From the NCBI GenBank assembly GCA_963825635.1, contig CAWGTU010000003.1, positions 459,812-523,811 on the forward strand: 64,000 nt of DNA, in the 5' to 3' direction. Numbering within the stretch: position 1 is the first letter of the stretch; the number at the start of each line of letters is the position of its first letter. Under the pieces are notes generated by a model, which made no database searches, was not told where the DNA came from, and saw only the letters and a list, made by a program, of their open reading frames with translations. Positions 56,308 to 64,000 of the stretch are shown here, piece after piece. The position numbers and the translations under genes were made by a program. Source of the DNA: an uncultured Actinomycetes bacterium. Its GTDB lineage: Bacteria > Actinomycetota > UBA4738 > HRBIN12.

Positions 56308-57690
56308 ATGAACGATCCCTCCCTCATCCCGATCGACGGTGCCGGCGACATCCGCCGGACGATCCCGCCGCGCGCCGAGCGTGAGGCGATGGGCAAGGAG
56401 CTGCGCCGGCGCGTGCCGCGCTCGGTTCACGGGCGTTGGCGTGCGGCGCCGGACCGGCCGGATCCGGTGGACGTGATCCGGGCCGGCAACCGCGGACGTC
56501 AGCAACGGCTCGTGCCGATCCGCATCGGGCGCATGATCGCATCGCCGTTCGCGTTCTACCGGGGCTCGGCCGACCTGATGGCGATCGATCTCAGGCCATG
56601 GCCGACGACCGGACTCGTCGTGCAGCTCTGCGGCGACGCCCACCTGTCCAACTTCGGCCTCTATGCCTCCCCCGAGCGCCGACTCATGATGGACATCAAC
56701 GACTTCGACGAGACCGCACGCGGGCGGTGGGAGTGGGATCTGAAGCGACTGGTCGCCAGTGTCGAGCTCTGCGGACGGGACAACGGGCTCGACGAGGACC
56801 TCCGGACTGAGGCGGTCGCGAGCGCGACCCGCGCCTACCGCACGCTGCTCGCCAGGACCGGACCCCTCCCCCGGCTCGACGTGCACTACCTGGCGTTCGG
56901 CGAGGGCGACGGCACGCCCGATCACTGGAGCCCCGCGACCGTGAAGCTCATCGAGCGCGAGCGTAAGCGCGCGCACCGGCGCACACACGAGCAGCTCGGT
57001 CTGCGCCTGACCGACGAGGGCGGTGGACGATTCCATCACGATCCTCCGGTCCTAACGGCGGCGAACAGCCGGGTCCGCGCCTCGGTGCTGAGCGCGCTCG
57101 AGACCTACCTCACGACGGTCTCCCCCGACATCCAGGAGCTGTTGAAGGACTACGGGGTGCTCGACGTCGCGCACAAGGTGGTGGGCGTCGGGAGCGTCGG
57201 CACCCGCGACTACATCGTGCTGCTGCAGGGGAACCACGAGGGCGACCACCTCTTCCTGCAGGTCAAGGAGGCGCTGCCCTCGATCGTGCGCGACCCCGCG
57301 CTCTCGTCCCACGACCATCACGGCCAGCACGTCGTCGACGGCCAGCGGCGCATCCAGTCGGTGAGCGATCCGTTCCTGGGCTGGACGAACGTGGGCGCGA
57401 GGCCTTACTACGTGCGTCAGCTCCGCGACATGAAGGGGGGCGTGCACCCCGAGCAGCTGCAGGGCCGAACGCTCGTCGACTACGCGGAGCTGTGCGGGGC
57501 GATCCTCGCCAAGGCCCACGCACGCACCGGCTACCCCGCCGTGATCGCGAGCTACTGCGGCACGAACGACGGGATCGATCGAGCCATGGTCACGTTCGCG
57601 AGAGCGTATGCCGATCAGGTCGAACGCGACCACGCGGCGCTCGTCGCCGCCGTCGACGAGGGAGCCCTGGCCGCGGAGACCGGCGTCTGA
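56308..57690 (+). CDS. Conserved hypothetical protein (DUF2252-like)
   Basis: 460-aa ORF with a normal composition. The family assignment is from memory of the sequence pattern only. Confidence 0.4.
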   Translation: MNDPSLIPIDGAGDIRRTIPPRAEREAMGKELRRRVPRSVHGRWRAAPDRPDPVDVIRAGNRGRQQRLVPIRIGRMIASPFAFYRGSADLMAIDLRPWPTTGLVVQLCGDAHLSNFGLYASPERRLMMDINDFDETARGRWEWDLKRLVASVELCGRDNGLDEDLRTEAVASATRAYRTLLARTGPLPRLDVHYLAFGEGDGTPDHWSPATVKLIERERKRAHRRTHEQLGLRLTDEGGGRFHHDPPVLTAANSRVRASVLSALETYLTTVSPDIQELLKDYGVLDVAHKVVGVGSVGTRDYIVLLQGNHEGDHLFLQVKEALPSIVRDPALSSHDHHGQHVVDGQRRIQSVSDPFLGWTNVGARPYYVRQLRDMKGGVHPEQLQGRTLVDYAELCGAILAKAHARTGYPAVIASYCGTNDGIDRAMVTFARAYADQVERDHAALVAAVDEGALAAETGV

Positions 57691-57711
57691 GCCGTCGCGG
57701 ACCGACCGACC

Positions 57712-58305
57712 CTAGAGGCCGGGAGCCGCACTCGGGGTCGGGGGTGGCGGCGGTGGGGGTGGCGGCGGGGGCGGGGTCTCCGACGGGGTGGGAGGAGGCG
57801 TGTCTGTCGGGCTGGGGGGCGGTGTCTCCGATGGGCTCGGGGGCGGCGTCTCCGACGGGCTCGGGGGCGGCGTCTCCGCATCGGTCGTCGGCGCGGGTGA
57901 GGGGACCGGCTCCGGCTGCACCCCGTCCTCCGCCGTCTCCGCGGACTCCGCGTCACCCGGATCGACGCTGGGCGCCGGACTCGGCGTGCCCTCGGAGCCT
58001 CCGACGACCGGCGGATCGGCATCGCCGACGGCGGGCCGCGGGACGACCACGATCTCCGCCTCGATCACGAGCGGGTCCTGCAGGACCTCGGTCAGGTTAC
58101 GGTAGGCGGCGCGCACGCCGAGATCGGAATCCGACGCCACCAGGCCGATCAGCAGCCCTGGCACCGCAACGAGCATCGCGCCCACCCAGACCCGAGGCGT
58201 TCGGGGGGCCGGCCTGCGTACGAGGTAGGCGCAGGCGAACGCCAACCCCAAGCCGGCGGCGATGAAGAGCGCGTTCGCGAGATCTGCGAGTCCACGTCCC
58301 TGCAC
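57712..58305 (-). CDS. Membrane protein with a Pro/Ser/Thr-rich C-terminal tail containing (SETPPPSP)n repeats
   Basis: Two N-terminal TM helices; tandem peptide repeats and a poly-Pro run. Confidence 0.5.
   Translation of the reverse strand: MQGRGLADLANALFIAAGLGLAFACAYLVRRPAPRTPRVWVGAMLVAVPGLLIGLVASDSDLGVRAAYRNLTEVLQDPLVIEAEIVVVPRPAVGDADPPVVGGSEGTPSPAPSVDPGDAESAETAEDGVQPEPVPSPAPTTDAETPPPSPSETPPPSPSETPPPSPTDTPPPTPSETPPPPPPPPPPPPTPSAAPGL
57775..57890. repeat. About four tandem copies of a 24-bp unit (ctccgacgggctcgggggcggcgt) encoding the SETPPPSP repeats
   Basis: Direct reading of the sequence. Confidence 0.7.
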
Positions 58306-58347
58306 CCCGCGATACTACCGGCCTCAGGGTGGGTCCTCAGGCGATCA

Positions 58348-58369
58348 TCGTTGCGTAGTCACGCAACGA
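58348..58369. promoter_or_regulatory. Perfect 9-bp-arm palindrome TCGTTGCGT-agtc-ACGCAACGA upstream of glnA
   Basis: Direct reading of the sequence; ~110-130 bp upstream of the glnA start. Confidence 0.45.
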
Positions 58370-58413
58370 GAACACCTCCGAGCGGGGCCCGCCCAGCCGG
58401 CGACGCGCGGCAC

Positions 58414-58440
58414 GTAACGCAGAGTTAACGGCCAGGTAAC
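58414..58440. promoter_or_regulatory. Three GTnAC-type half-sites at 11-bp periodicity (GTAAC-n6-TTAAC-n6-GTAAC), a putative GlnR box upstream of glnA
   Basis: Fits the actinobacterial GlnR a-site/b-site architecture (xTnAC-n6-xnAAC). glnR is encoded 4 kb upstream. Confidence 0.5.
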
Positions 58441-58479
58441 AGCGCTGCCCGGAGCCGCCTCTAGGCTCGGTGGGACCGA

Positions 58480-59928
58480 GTGCCGAGCGACAAGGGGGAA
58501 GCGCGCGTGGCAACGCCGAAAGACGTCATCGCGATGGCCAAGGAGCAGGGAGCCGAGATCGTCGACTTCCGATTCACCGACCTGCCGGGTCAGGTACAGC
58601 ACCTCTCGGTGCCGGCGCACGAGCTGACGGAGACCAAGCTCACCGACGGACAGCCGTTCGACGGCTCGTCGATCCGCGGGTTCCAGGAGATCCAGGAGTC
58701 GGACATGCTCCTGATGCCCGACCCCGACTCCGCCTACATGGACCCGTTCACGAAGCACCCGACGTTGAACATCACCTGCTTCGTGAAGGACCCGGTGACC
58801 GGCGAGGACTACTCGCGCGACCCGCGCAACATCGCGAAGAAGGCCGAGCTGTACCTGAAGCAGACCGGCATCGCCGACCGCTCGTACTGGGGTCCCGAGG
58901 CCGAGTTCTACATCTTCGACTCGATCCGTTACGACCAGAACGAGTTCGAGGGCTACTACCACGTCGACTCGGTGGCCGGCGCCTGGCAGACCGGCCGCAT
59001 CGAGGAAGGCGGCAACCTCGGATACAAGCCTCGCTACAAGGGCGGGTACTTCGCGCTCCCGCCGATGGACAAGTACCAGGACCTGCGCACCGACATGGTG
59101 CTGAACCTCGAGAAGGTCGGCCTCACGATCGAGGTGCACCACCACGAGGTCGGCACCGCCGGTCAGGCCGAGATCGACATGCGGTACGACACGCTGCTCA
59201 CCACGGCCGACAACGTCATGAAGTACAAGTACGTCGTCAAGAACACGGCCTATCAGGCCGGCAAGACGGTGACGTTCATGCCGAAGCCGCTGTTCATGGA
59301 CAACGGCTCGGGCATGCACACCCACCAGTCGCTGTGGATGGGCGACGACAACCTCTTCTGGGACGAGGTCGGCTACGGCGGTATCAGCGACGCGGCCCGC
59401 TTCTACATCGGCGGCCTGATCGCGCACGCGCCGGCGCTGCTCGCGTTCACGAACCCGACGACGAACTCCTACCGCAGGCTCGTGCCCGGCTACGAGGCGC
59501 CGATCAAGCTCGTGTACAGCCAGCGCAATCGCAGCGCCTGCGTGCGCATCCCGCTCGGCGGCAAGGGTCCGGGGGCCAAGCGCCTGGAGTTCCGCACGCC
59601 CGACCCCTCGTGCAACCCGTACCTCGCGTTCAGCGCGATGCTGATGGCCGGCATCGACGGCATCAAGAACAAGATCGAGCCGCCCGACCCGATCGACAAG
59701 GACCTGTACGACCTGCCGCCCGAGGAGCACGCGGCCGTGAAGCAGGTGCCGGGGTCGCTGCTCGAGGTGCTGGGCGAGCTCGAGGCCGACCACCAGTGGC
59801 TGCTGGAAGGCGGCGTGTTCACCCAGGACGTGATCGACACCTGGATCGAGTACAAGCGCCTCGAGGAGCATGACGCGGTCGCGTTGCGTCCGCACCCGTA
59901 CGAGTTCGGCCTCTACTACGACGTATGA
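58480..59928 (+). CDS. glnA: Glutamine synthetase type I, with the adenylylation-site Tyr ([10 protein letters not shown])
   Basis: Full-length GSI with canonical motifs. Confidence 0.95.
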   Translation: MPSDKGEARVATPKDVIAMAKEQGAEIVDFRFTDLPGQVQHLSVPAHELTETKLTDGQPFDGSSIRGFQEIQESDMLLMPDPDSAYMDPFTKHPTLNITCFVKDPVTGEDYSRDPRNIAKKAELYLKQTGIADRSYWGPEAEFYIFDSIRYDQNEFEGYYHVDSVAGAWQTGRIEEGGNLGYKPRYKGGYFALPPMDKYQDLRTDMVLNLEKVGLTIEVHHHEVGTAGQAEIDMRYDTLLTTADNVMKYKYVVKNTAYQAGKTVTFMPKPLFMDNGSGMHTHQSLWMGDDNLFWDEVGYGGISDAARFYIGGLIAHAPALLAFTNPTTNSYRRLVPGYEAPIKLVYSQRNRSACVRIPLGGKGPGAKRLEFRTPDPSCNPYLAFSAMLMAGIDGIKNKIEPPDPIDKDLYDLPPEEHAAVKQVPGSLLEVLGELEADHQWLLEGGVFTQDVIDTWIEYKRLEEHDAVALRPHPYEFGLYYDV

Positions 59929-59975
59929 GCCGCTCGATCGCGCCCCGATCAGCGCCGGGGCGGAACGTGACGAGC

Positions 59976-60000
59976 GAGGGCGGGCCTGAGGCCCGCCCTC
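59976..60000. terminator. Bidirectional intrinsic-terminator-like hairpin (GAGGGCGGGCC-tga-GGCCCGCCCTC) between convergent glnA and dhaK; a second hairpin lies at 59941-59962
   Basis: Perfect 11-bp stem. There is no U-tract, which is common for actinobacterial terminators. Confidence 0.5.
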
Positions 60001-60025
60001 GGTTCGCCTCAGCCCCGAAAGGTCC

Positions 60026-61021
60026 CTAGAAGACCCGTGAGGCGACCTCGGCCGGTGCTGCGAACAGCGACACGAGCTCGTCGTCGAGCTTCACGAGCGT
60101 GACCGAGCAGCCCGCCATGTCGAGCGAAGTGCAGTACTCGCCGACGTAGCTCCGTCCGACGTTGATCCCTCGTGACGCGAGCTGGTCGTGGGCACGGCCG
60201 TAGAGCAGGTACAGCTCGCTGATCGGCGTGCCGCCGAGCCCGTTGATCATCAGCGCCACGTTGTCGCCCTTGTTGAAGGGAAGATCCGACGCGGTCGCCT
60301 CCACGAGCTCGTCGACGATCGCGTTGGCGTCGGCGAGCTTCTCGCGGCGGCGGCCCGGCTCGCCGTGGATGCCGACGCCCATCTCCATCTCGTCCTCGCC
60401 GAGGTCGAAGAGGGGCGACCCCTTCGCAGGCGGCGTGCACGACGTGAGCGCCATGCCCATCGTGCGGGTGACCGAGTTCACCCGCTCACCCAACGCGACC
60501 AGGTCGTCGAGCTCGGCCCCCTGCTCGGACGCGGCGCCCACCGCCTTGATCACGAAGAAGTTCCCCGCGACACCGCGCCGCCCGACCGTCCAGGTGGAGT
60601 CCTTCACGGCGACGTCGTCGTCGACGATCACGGTCCCGATCCGGATGCCCTCGGCGTCGGCCATCTCGGCGCCCATCTCGAACGCCATGCGATCACCGGT
60701 GTAGTTGTTGATCAGGTGGAGCACGCCCTTGGCCGAGTTCAGCAGCTTGGTGGTCTCGAGCACGTAGTCCATCGGCGGGGCCGCGAAGACGTCGCCCGGA
60801 CAGGCGGCGTCGAGCATACCCTTGCCCACGATCATCACGTGCGCGGGCTCGTGCCCCGATCCCGAGCCCTGCACGATCGAGACCTTCGAGTCGTTCGGCG
60901 CGTCGGTCCGCATGATCAGGTTGTACTCGGGCACGTACTTCAGGGTGTCCGGGTTGGCGAGCGCGATCCCCTTGAGCATCTCGGGGACGAACTCCTTCGG
61001 ATCGTTCACGAACTTCTTCAC
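60026..61021 (-). CDS. dhaK: Dihydroxyacetone kinase subunit DhaK
   Basis: Dak1-domain motifs; GTG start with a GAAGGAGGG RBS; GTGA overlap with the dhaL stop. Confidence 0.85.
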   Translation of the reverse strand: MKKFVNDPKEFVPEMLKGIALANPDTLKYVPEYNLIMRTDAPNDSKVSIVQGSGSGHEPAHVMIVGKGMLDAACPGDVFAAPPMDYVLETTKLLNSAKGVLHLINNYTGDRMAFEMGAEMADAEGIRIGTVIVDDDVAVKDSTWTVGRRGVAGNFFVIKAVGAASEQGAELDDLVALGERVNSVTRTMGMALTSCTPPAKGSPLFDLGEDEMEMGVGIHGEPGRRREKLADANAIVDELVEATASDLPFNKGDNVALMINGLGGTPISELYLLYGRAHDQLASRGINVGRSYVGEYCTSLDMAGCSVTLVKLDDELVSLFAAPAEVASRVF

Positions 61022-61683
61022 GACGTTCCCTCCTTCGACTCGTCGGCCGCCCATGCGTCGGCGACCTGCTCGAACATGAGCGCGACGGCGATCGCCCCCG
61101 CGTCGAGGGTTCCGATGCTGCGCTCACCCGTGTACGCCGCCCGGCCGCGCTTGGCGATCATCTCCTTGGTCGCCTCGGCCCGTTCCCGAGCCGTGGTGGC
61201 GGCCTTGCGGATCGCAGCCTCCGCGGCGTCCCCGGCGGCCAGCGCCTGCTCGAGCTCGTCGACCGCCGGCTGGAGCGCATCCAGCAGGGTCTTGTCACCC
61301 AGGTCGGAGTTCCCGCGCTTCTTGATGCCCTCGATCGCCGCGCGGAGCATCGCCACCACGTCGTCGGTCGTGAGCTCGGTCTTACCGGCGGCCACGGCTC
61401 CGGCACGTAGGAACCCCGTGCCCCACAGTGGCCCGGACGTGCCCCCGACGCGGCTCGTGATCACCACCGCGATCTTCTTCAGGAACGTCCCGATGTCGTC
61501 GCGGTCGAAGGCATCGAAGTCGGTCAGCACCAGCTCGAAGCCGCGCGCCATCGAGTATCCGAAGTCGCCGTCACCCACGACCGCGTCCAGATCCCCGAAG
61601 TACTTCTCGTTGTCGACCGCGGTCTGCGCGATCGTCCGCACGACCAGCTCGACACCCTCAAAGCTCGAGTCCGCCATCCACAC
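61018..61683 (-). CDS. dhaL: Dihydroxyacetone kinase ADP-binding subunit DhaL
   Basis: Dak2-domain motifs (DGDFG). Confidence 0.85.
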   Translation of the reverse strand: MWMADSSFEGVELVVRTIAQTAVDNEKYFGDLDAVVGDGDFGYSMARGFELVLTDFDAFDRDDIGTFLKKIAVVITSRVGGTSGPLWGTGFLRAGAVAAGKTELTTDDVVAMLRAAIEGIKKRGNSDLGDKTLLDALQPAVDELEQALAAGDAAEAAIRKAATTARERAEATKEMIAKRGRAAYTGERSIGTLDAGAIAVALMFEQVADAWAADESKEGTS

Positions 61684-62491
61684 CTCCTCGATCTCTCATC
61701 CGCCGGACGTTGCCCCCGGCCACCAGACACCCCTGCAGGTCCCCGAGGACGAGGTAGCCCTCGGGCTCGGGGATGCCCCCCTGGTTGGTCAACACCTTCG
61801 TGCGCTCGCCGTCCGGCTCACCGAGGGAGGACACGACGAGAACCGCCTCGGAGAAGTCCTCGTGTTCCGTGTAGCTGCTCGCCGTGACGACGCAGGTCAA
61901 GCCGGCGCCGGCCGCCGCGAGGAGTCCGTTGCGGGAATCCTCGATCACGAGCGCCTGTTCGCGGGCCACGCCGAGTCGCTCCACCGCGAGCTCGTAGATG
62001 TCGGGAGCCGGCTTCTTCCTGGGCACCACATCACCGGCGAGCACCAACGCGAATCGCGCCGCCTGGTCGGCGCCCACGACGTGCTCGAGCACCGCCCGCA
62101 CCGATGCCTCCGACGAGGTCGATGCGACCCCCAGGTCCCACCCCGCGTCGAGCGCCTCGGCGGCGATCCGCGCCACGCCCGGCCGTCCGGGCAGTCGGCC
62201 GGAAGCGACCATCTCGGTGTAGATCTCGGTCTTGCGACGGTGCCAGTCGGCCACCGTCGCCTTCTGGCCGTCGGGATCGGTGGGCAGGCCGGCGTCGCGG
62301 ACGAAGTCGTCGGTCAGGAGACTCATCATCCGTTCCTTGCCGCCGGCGATCGCGAGCTTCTCGCCGTACTCCTCCTCGGACCAACGCACCGGCAGGCCGA
62401 ACTCCTCGAACATCTGGTTGAACGCCGGCAGGTGGCCGTAGCGCTCCGTGTCGGCGAGCACGCCGTCGCAGTCGAAGATCAGCGCGGTCAC
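61658..62491 (-). CDS. HAD-superfamily hydrolase (beta-phosphoglucomutase/CbbY-like)
   Basis: DxDGV motif I ([12 protein letters not shown]), motif II/III residues, GTGA overlap with the fbaA stop. Confidence 0.7.
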   Translation of the reverse strand: MTALIFDCDGVLADTERYGHLPAFNQMFEEFGLPVRWSEEEYGEKLAIAGGKERMMSLLTDDFVRDAGLPTDPDGQKATVADWHRRKTEIYTEMVASGRLPGRPGVARIAAEALDAGWDLGVASTSSEASVRAVLEHVVGADQAARFALVLAGDVVPRKKPAPDIYELAVERLGVAREQALVIEDSRNGLLAAAGAGLTCVVTASSYTEHEDFSEAVLVVSSLGEPDGERTKVLTNQGGIPEPEGYLVLGDLQGCLVAGGNVRRMRDRGGVDGGLEL

Positions 62492-63393
62492 CAGGCCTTG
62501 CCCTCGCTCCCGAACCGACGGATGTGGTCCCGGGCCATCTCGACGACGTCGGCCCGCACGTGCGTGAACAGCGAGGGAGGATCCCACCTGTTGGCGGCCT
62601 CGGCCTCACGCAGGAACTCCAGGTTCGAGCGCATGTACACGCGCTTCAGCGCCGTCGAGATGTTCACCTTCGCGCAGCCACGCGCGATCAGGTCGGTGAA
62701 CTGAGCATCGGTCATGCCGCTGCCGCCGTGCAACGCGATCGGGATCGGCTCGGCGTCCACGATGTCGGAGACCCGCTGAGCGTCGAGCTTCGGCTCGGCC
62801 GCGTACATGCCGTGCGCGTTCCCGATCGCCGGCGCGAAGCAATCGACCCCGGTCGTACGGATGAACCCCAACGCCACCTCGAGTGACTGACGGGCCGACT
62901 CCTCGTCGGAGCCGACGTCGTCCTCGACACCCTTGATGCCCTCGATCTCGCCTTCCACGTGCGCGCCCTGTCGGTGGGCCTCCGCCACCACCTCTTCGGT
63001 CTGACGCTGGTTCTCCTCGACCGGCAGCGCCGAGGCATCGAAGAGCACGGAGTTCCAGCCCGCCTCGAGACACGACGTGATGACCTCGCGCTCCGGGCAG
63101 TGGTCGAGATGCAGGGTGACCGGAACATCGATGCCCGCCGTCATCGTTCGCCACATGCCGAAGAGCACGTCACGACCGATCGACTTCACGGTCTTGACCG
63201 ACGTCTGGACGATCACCGGCGCACGGAGCTCGACGGCGGCGGCGAGCACGGCCTCGAGGGTGAGGTCGTTGACGATGTTGAACGCCGCCACGCCATAGCG
63301 CTCCTCGAAGGCGCGATCGAGCATGTCCTTCAGCGAGACGACAGGCACGGGGCTCCCTCCGGGACGGTCGGTCCCAGGGTAGGGAGACCCCAC
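62488..63393 (-). CDS. fbaA: Class II fructose-bisphosphate aldolase
   Basis: HLDHC and GGSG class II motifs. The exact start is uncertain (63324-63393). Confidence 0.85.
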   Translation of the reverse strand: MGSPYPGTDRPGGSPVPVVSLKDMLDRAFEERYGVAAFNIVNDLTLEAVLAAAVELRAPVIVQTSVKTVKSIGRDVLFGMWRTMTAGIDVPVTLHLDHCPEREVITSCLEAGWNSVLFDASALPVEENQRQTEEVVAEAHRQGAHVEGEIEGIKGVEDDVGSDEESARQSLEVALGFIRTTGVDCFAPAIGNAHGMYAAEPKLDAQRVSDIVDAEPIPIALHGGSGMTDAQFTDLIARGCAKVNISTALKRVYMRSNLEFLREAEAANRWDPPSLFTHVRADVVEMARDHIRRFGSEGKAW

Positions 63394-63440
63394 TCCCGAG
63401 ACATCGGGGAGACCACCCGTCGCCGCGATGGGGGGTTTCC

Positions 63441-64000
63441 CTACCCCGCGAGGCGCTCACGCGCCCGGGCGACGGCCTGGGTGCGGTTCTGCGCACCGAG
63501 CTTGCGCAGGATCGAGCCGACGTGCTTCTCGACGGTCTTCACCGAGATCGTGAGCGCTGACGCGATCTCGCGATCGGTGGAGCCCCGCTCCAGGAGCGCG
63601 AGCACCTGACGCTCTCGATCGGTGAGGCCGTGGGCATCGTCGACGCCGTTGAGATGGGAATGGAGCCGCTCGGCCGCATCACCGGACACCACCATCTCGC
63701 CGCGAGACGCAGCACGAACCGCCCTGACCAGCTCGACCTCAGACGCTTCCTTGCCGATGTAGCCGCGGGCCCCCGCACGGAACGCCCCGGCGACCAGGTC
63801 GTCGCTGGCGAACGCGGTCAGCGCCACGATGCTGGCCGTCGCATCCTCGGCCCTGATGCGCGCGATCGCGTCGATCCCGTCACCGTCGAGCATCTGAAGG
63901 TCCATGAGCACCACGTCGGGGCGCAGCTTCCTCCACTCGAGGATCGCCTGCTCCCCCGACCCCGCCTCGCCGACGACGCGCAACGCGGGATCGGATCGCG
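63441..64000 (-). CDS. NarL/FixJ-family response regulator (LuxR-type HTH), N-terminus beyond the window end
   Basis: C-terminal LuxR HTH ([35 protein letters not shown]) and a receiver domain; the ORF runs off the 3' edge. Confidence 0.8.
   Translation of the reverse strand, partial: RSDPALRVVGEAGSGEQAILEWRKLRPDVVLMDLQMLDGDGIDAIARIRAEDATASIVALTAFASDDLVAGAFRAGARGYIGKEASEVELVRAVRAASRGEMVVSGDAAERLHSHLNGVDDAHGLTDRERQVLALLERGSTDREIASALTISVKTVEKHVGSILRKLGAQNRTQAVARARERLAG

Noticed and set aside
59941-60000. The twin GC hairpins after glnA as a riboswitch or small RNA
   Set aside because: They are short perfect stems placed exactly between convergent genes, which is most simply a bidirectional terminator.

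Overview
This is a high-GC (~70%) chromosomal segment of an actinobacterium. The lineage call rests on MshA for mycothiol synthesis, the orphan regulator GlnR, Rex, ClpS with its conserved partner gene, and the actinobacterial ribosomal protein bS22. The window is densely coded and mostly core genome, and I see no transposase, integrase, tRNA, rRNA or CRISPR array.

Main blocks:
- **1-17 kb, aerobic respiration island.** A 5'-truncated fused heme A synthase / heme O synthase gene (ctaA-ctaB) converges on a long minus-strand operon: ccdA, resB, ccsA (system II cytochrome c biogenesis), ctaC-ctaD-ctaE-ctaF-ctaG (caa3-type oxidase), a membrane-anchored three-domain cupredoxin, and a TlpA-like thioredoxin. 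A divergent, unusual Rieske/cytochrome b operon follows. Its order is a membrane protein, a 2x[4Fe-4S] ferredoxin, a split cytochrome b6 plus subunit IV, a Tat-dependent Rieske protein, a monoheme cytochrome c, a membrane protein and an unannotated 37-aa membrane peptide. A near-consensus Rex operator precedes the operon and the rex gene ends it.
- **18-26 kb.** An ECF sigma / anti-sigma pair, a block syntenic with the mycobacterial proC neighbourhood (membrane protein, sugar-phosphate isomerase barrel, SAM hydrolase, an overlooked 33-aa bS22 gene, a Clp1-like P-loop kinase, an HTH protein), a frameshifted SDR gene, and clpS.
- **26.6-36.6 kb.** A ten-gene translationally coupled minus-strand operon: pyk, an HDAC-like amidohydrolase, two class-III aminotransferases, a two-subunit CoA-transferase, a VOC protein, P5C dehydrogenase and hypotheticals. 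It may be an acetylpolyamine/GABA/proline catabolic cluster.
- **36.6-47 kb.** proC followed by an unannotated 40-aa basic ORF; a TetR regulator beside a 40-bp tandem-repeat intergenic array; mshA; an asparaginase-II-family protein; an HD-GYP protein; an M23 peptidase; and an XRE-HTH / nucleotidyltransferase toxin-antitoxin-like pair with an AT-rich double-palindrome operator.
- **46-64 kb.** sat and cysH with a Cys-type sulfatase and a VCBS/FG-GAP-repeat protein; a MoaD-like sulfur carrier with a C-terminal extension; glnR and glnA, with putative GlnR boxes upstream of glnA; dhaK-dhaL; a HAD hydrolase; class II fbaA; and a NarL-family response regulator truncated at the window end.

Coordinates refined by hand from the ORF track may be off by 1-3 bp.
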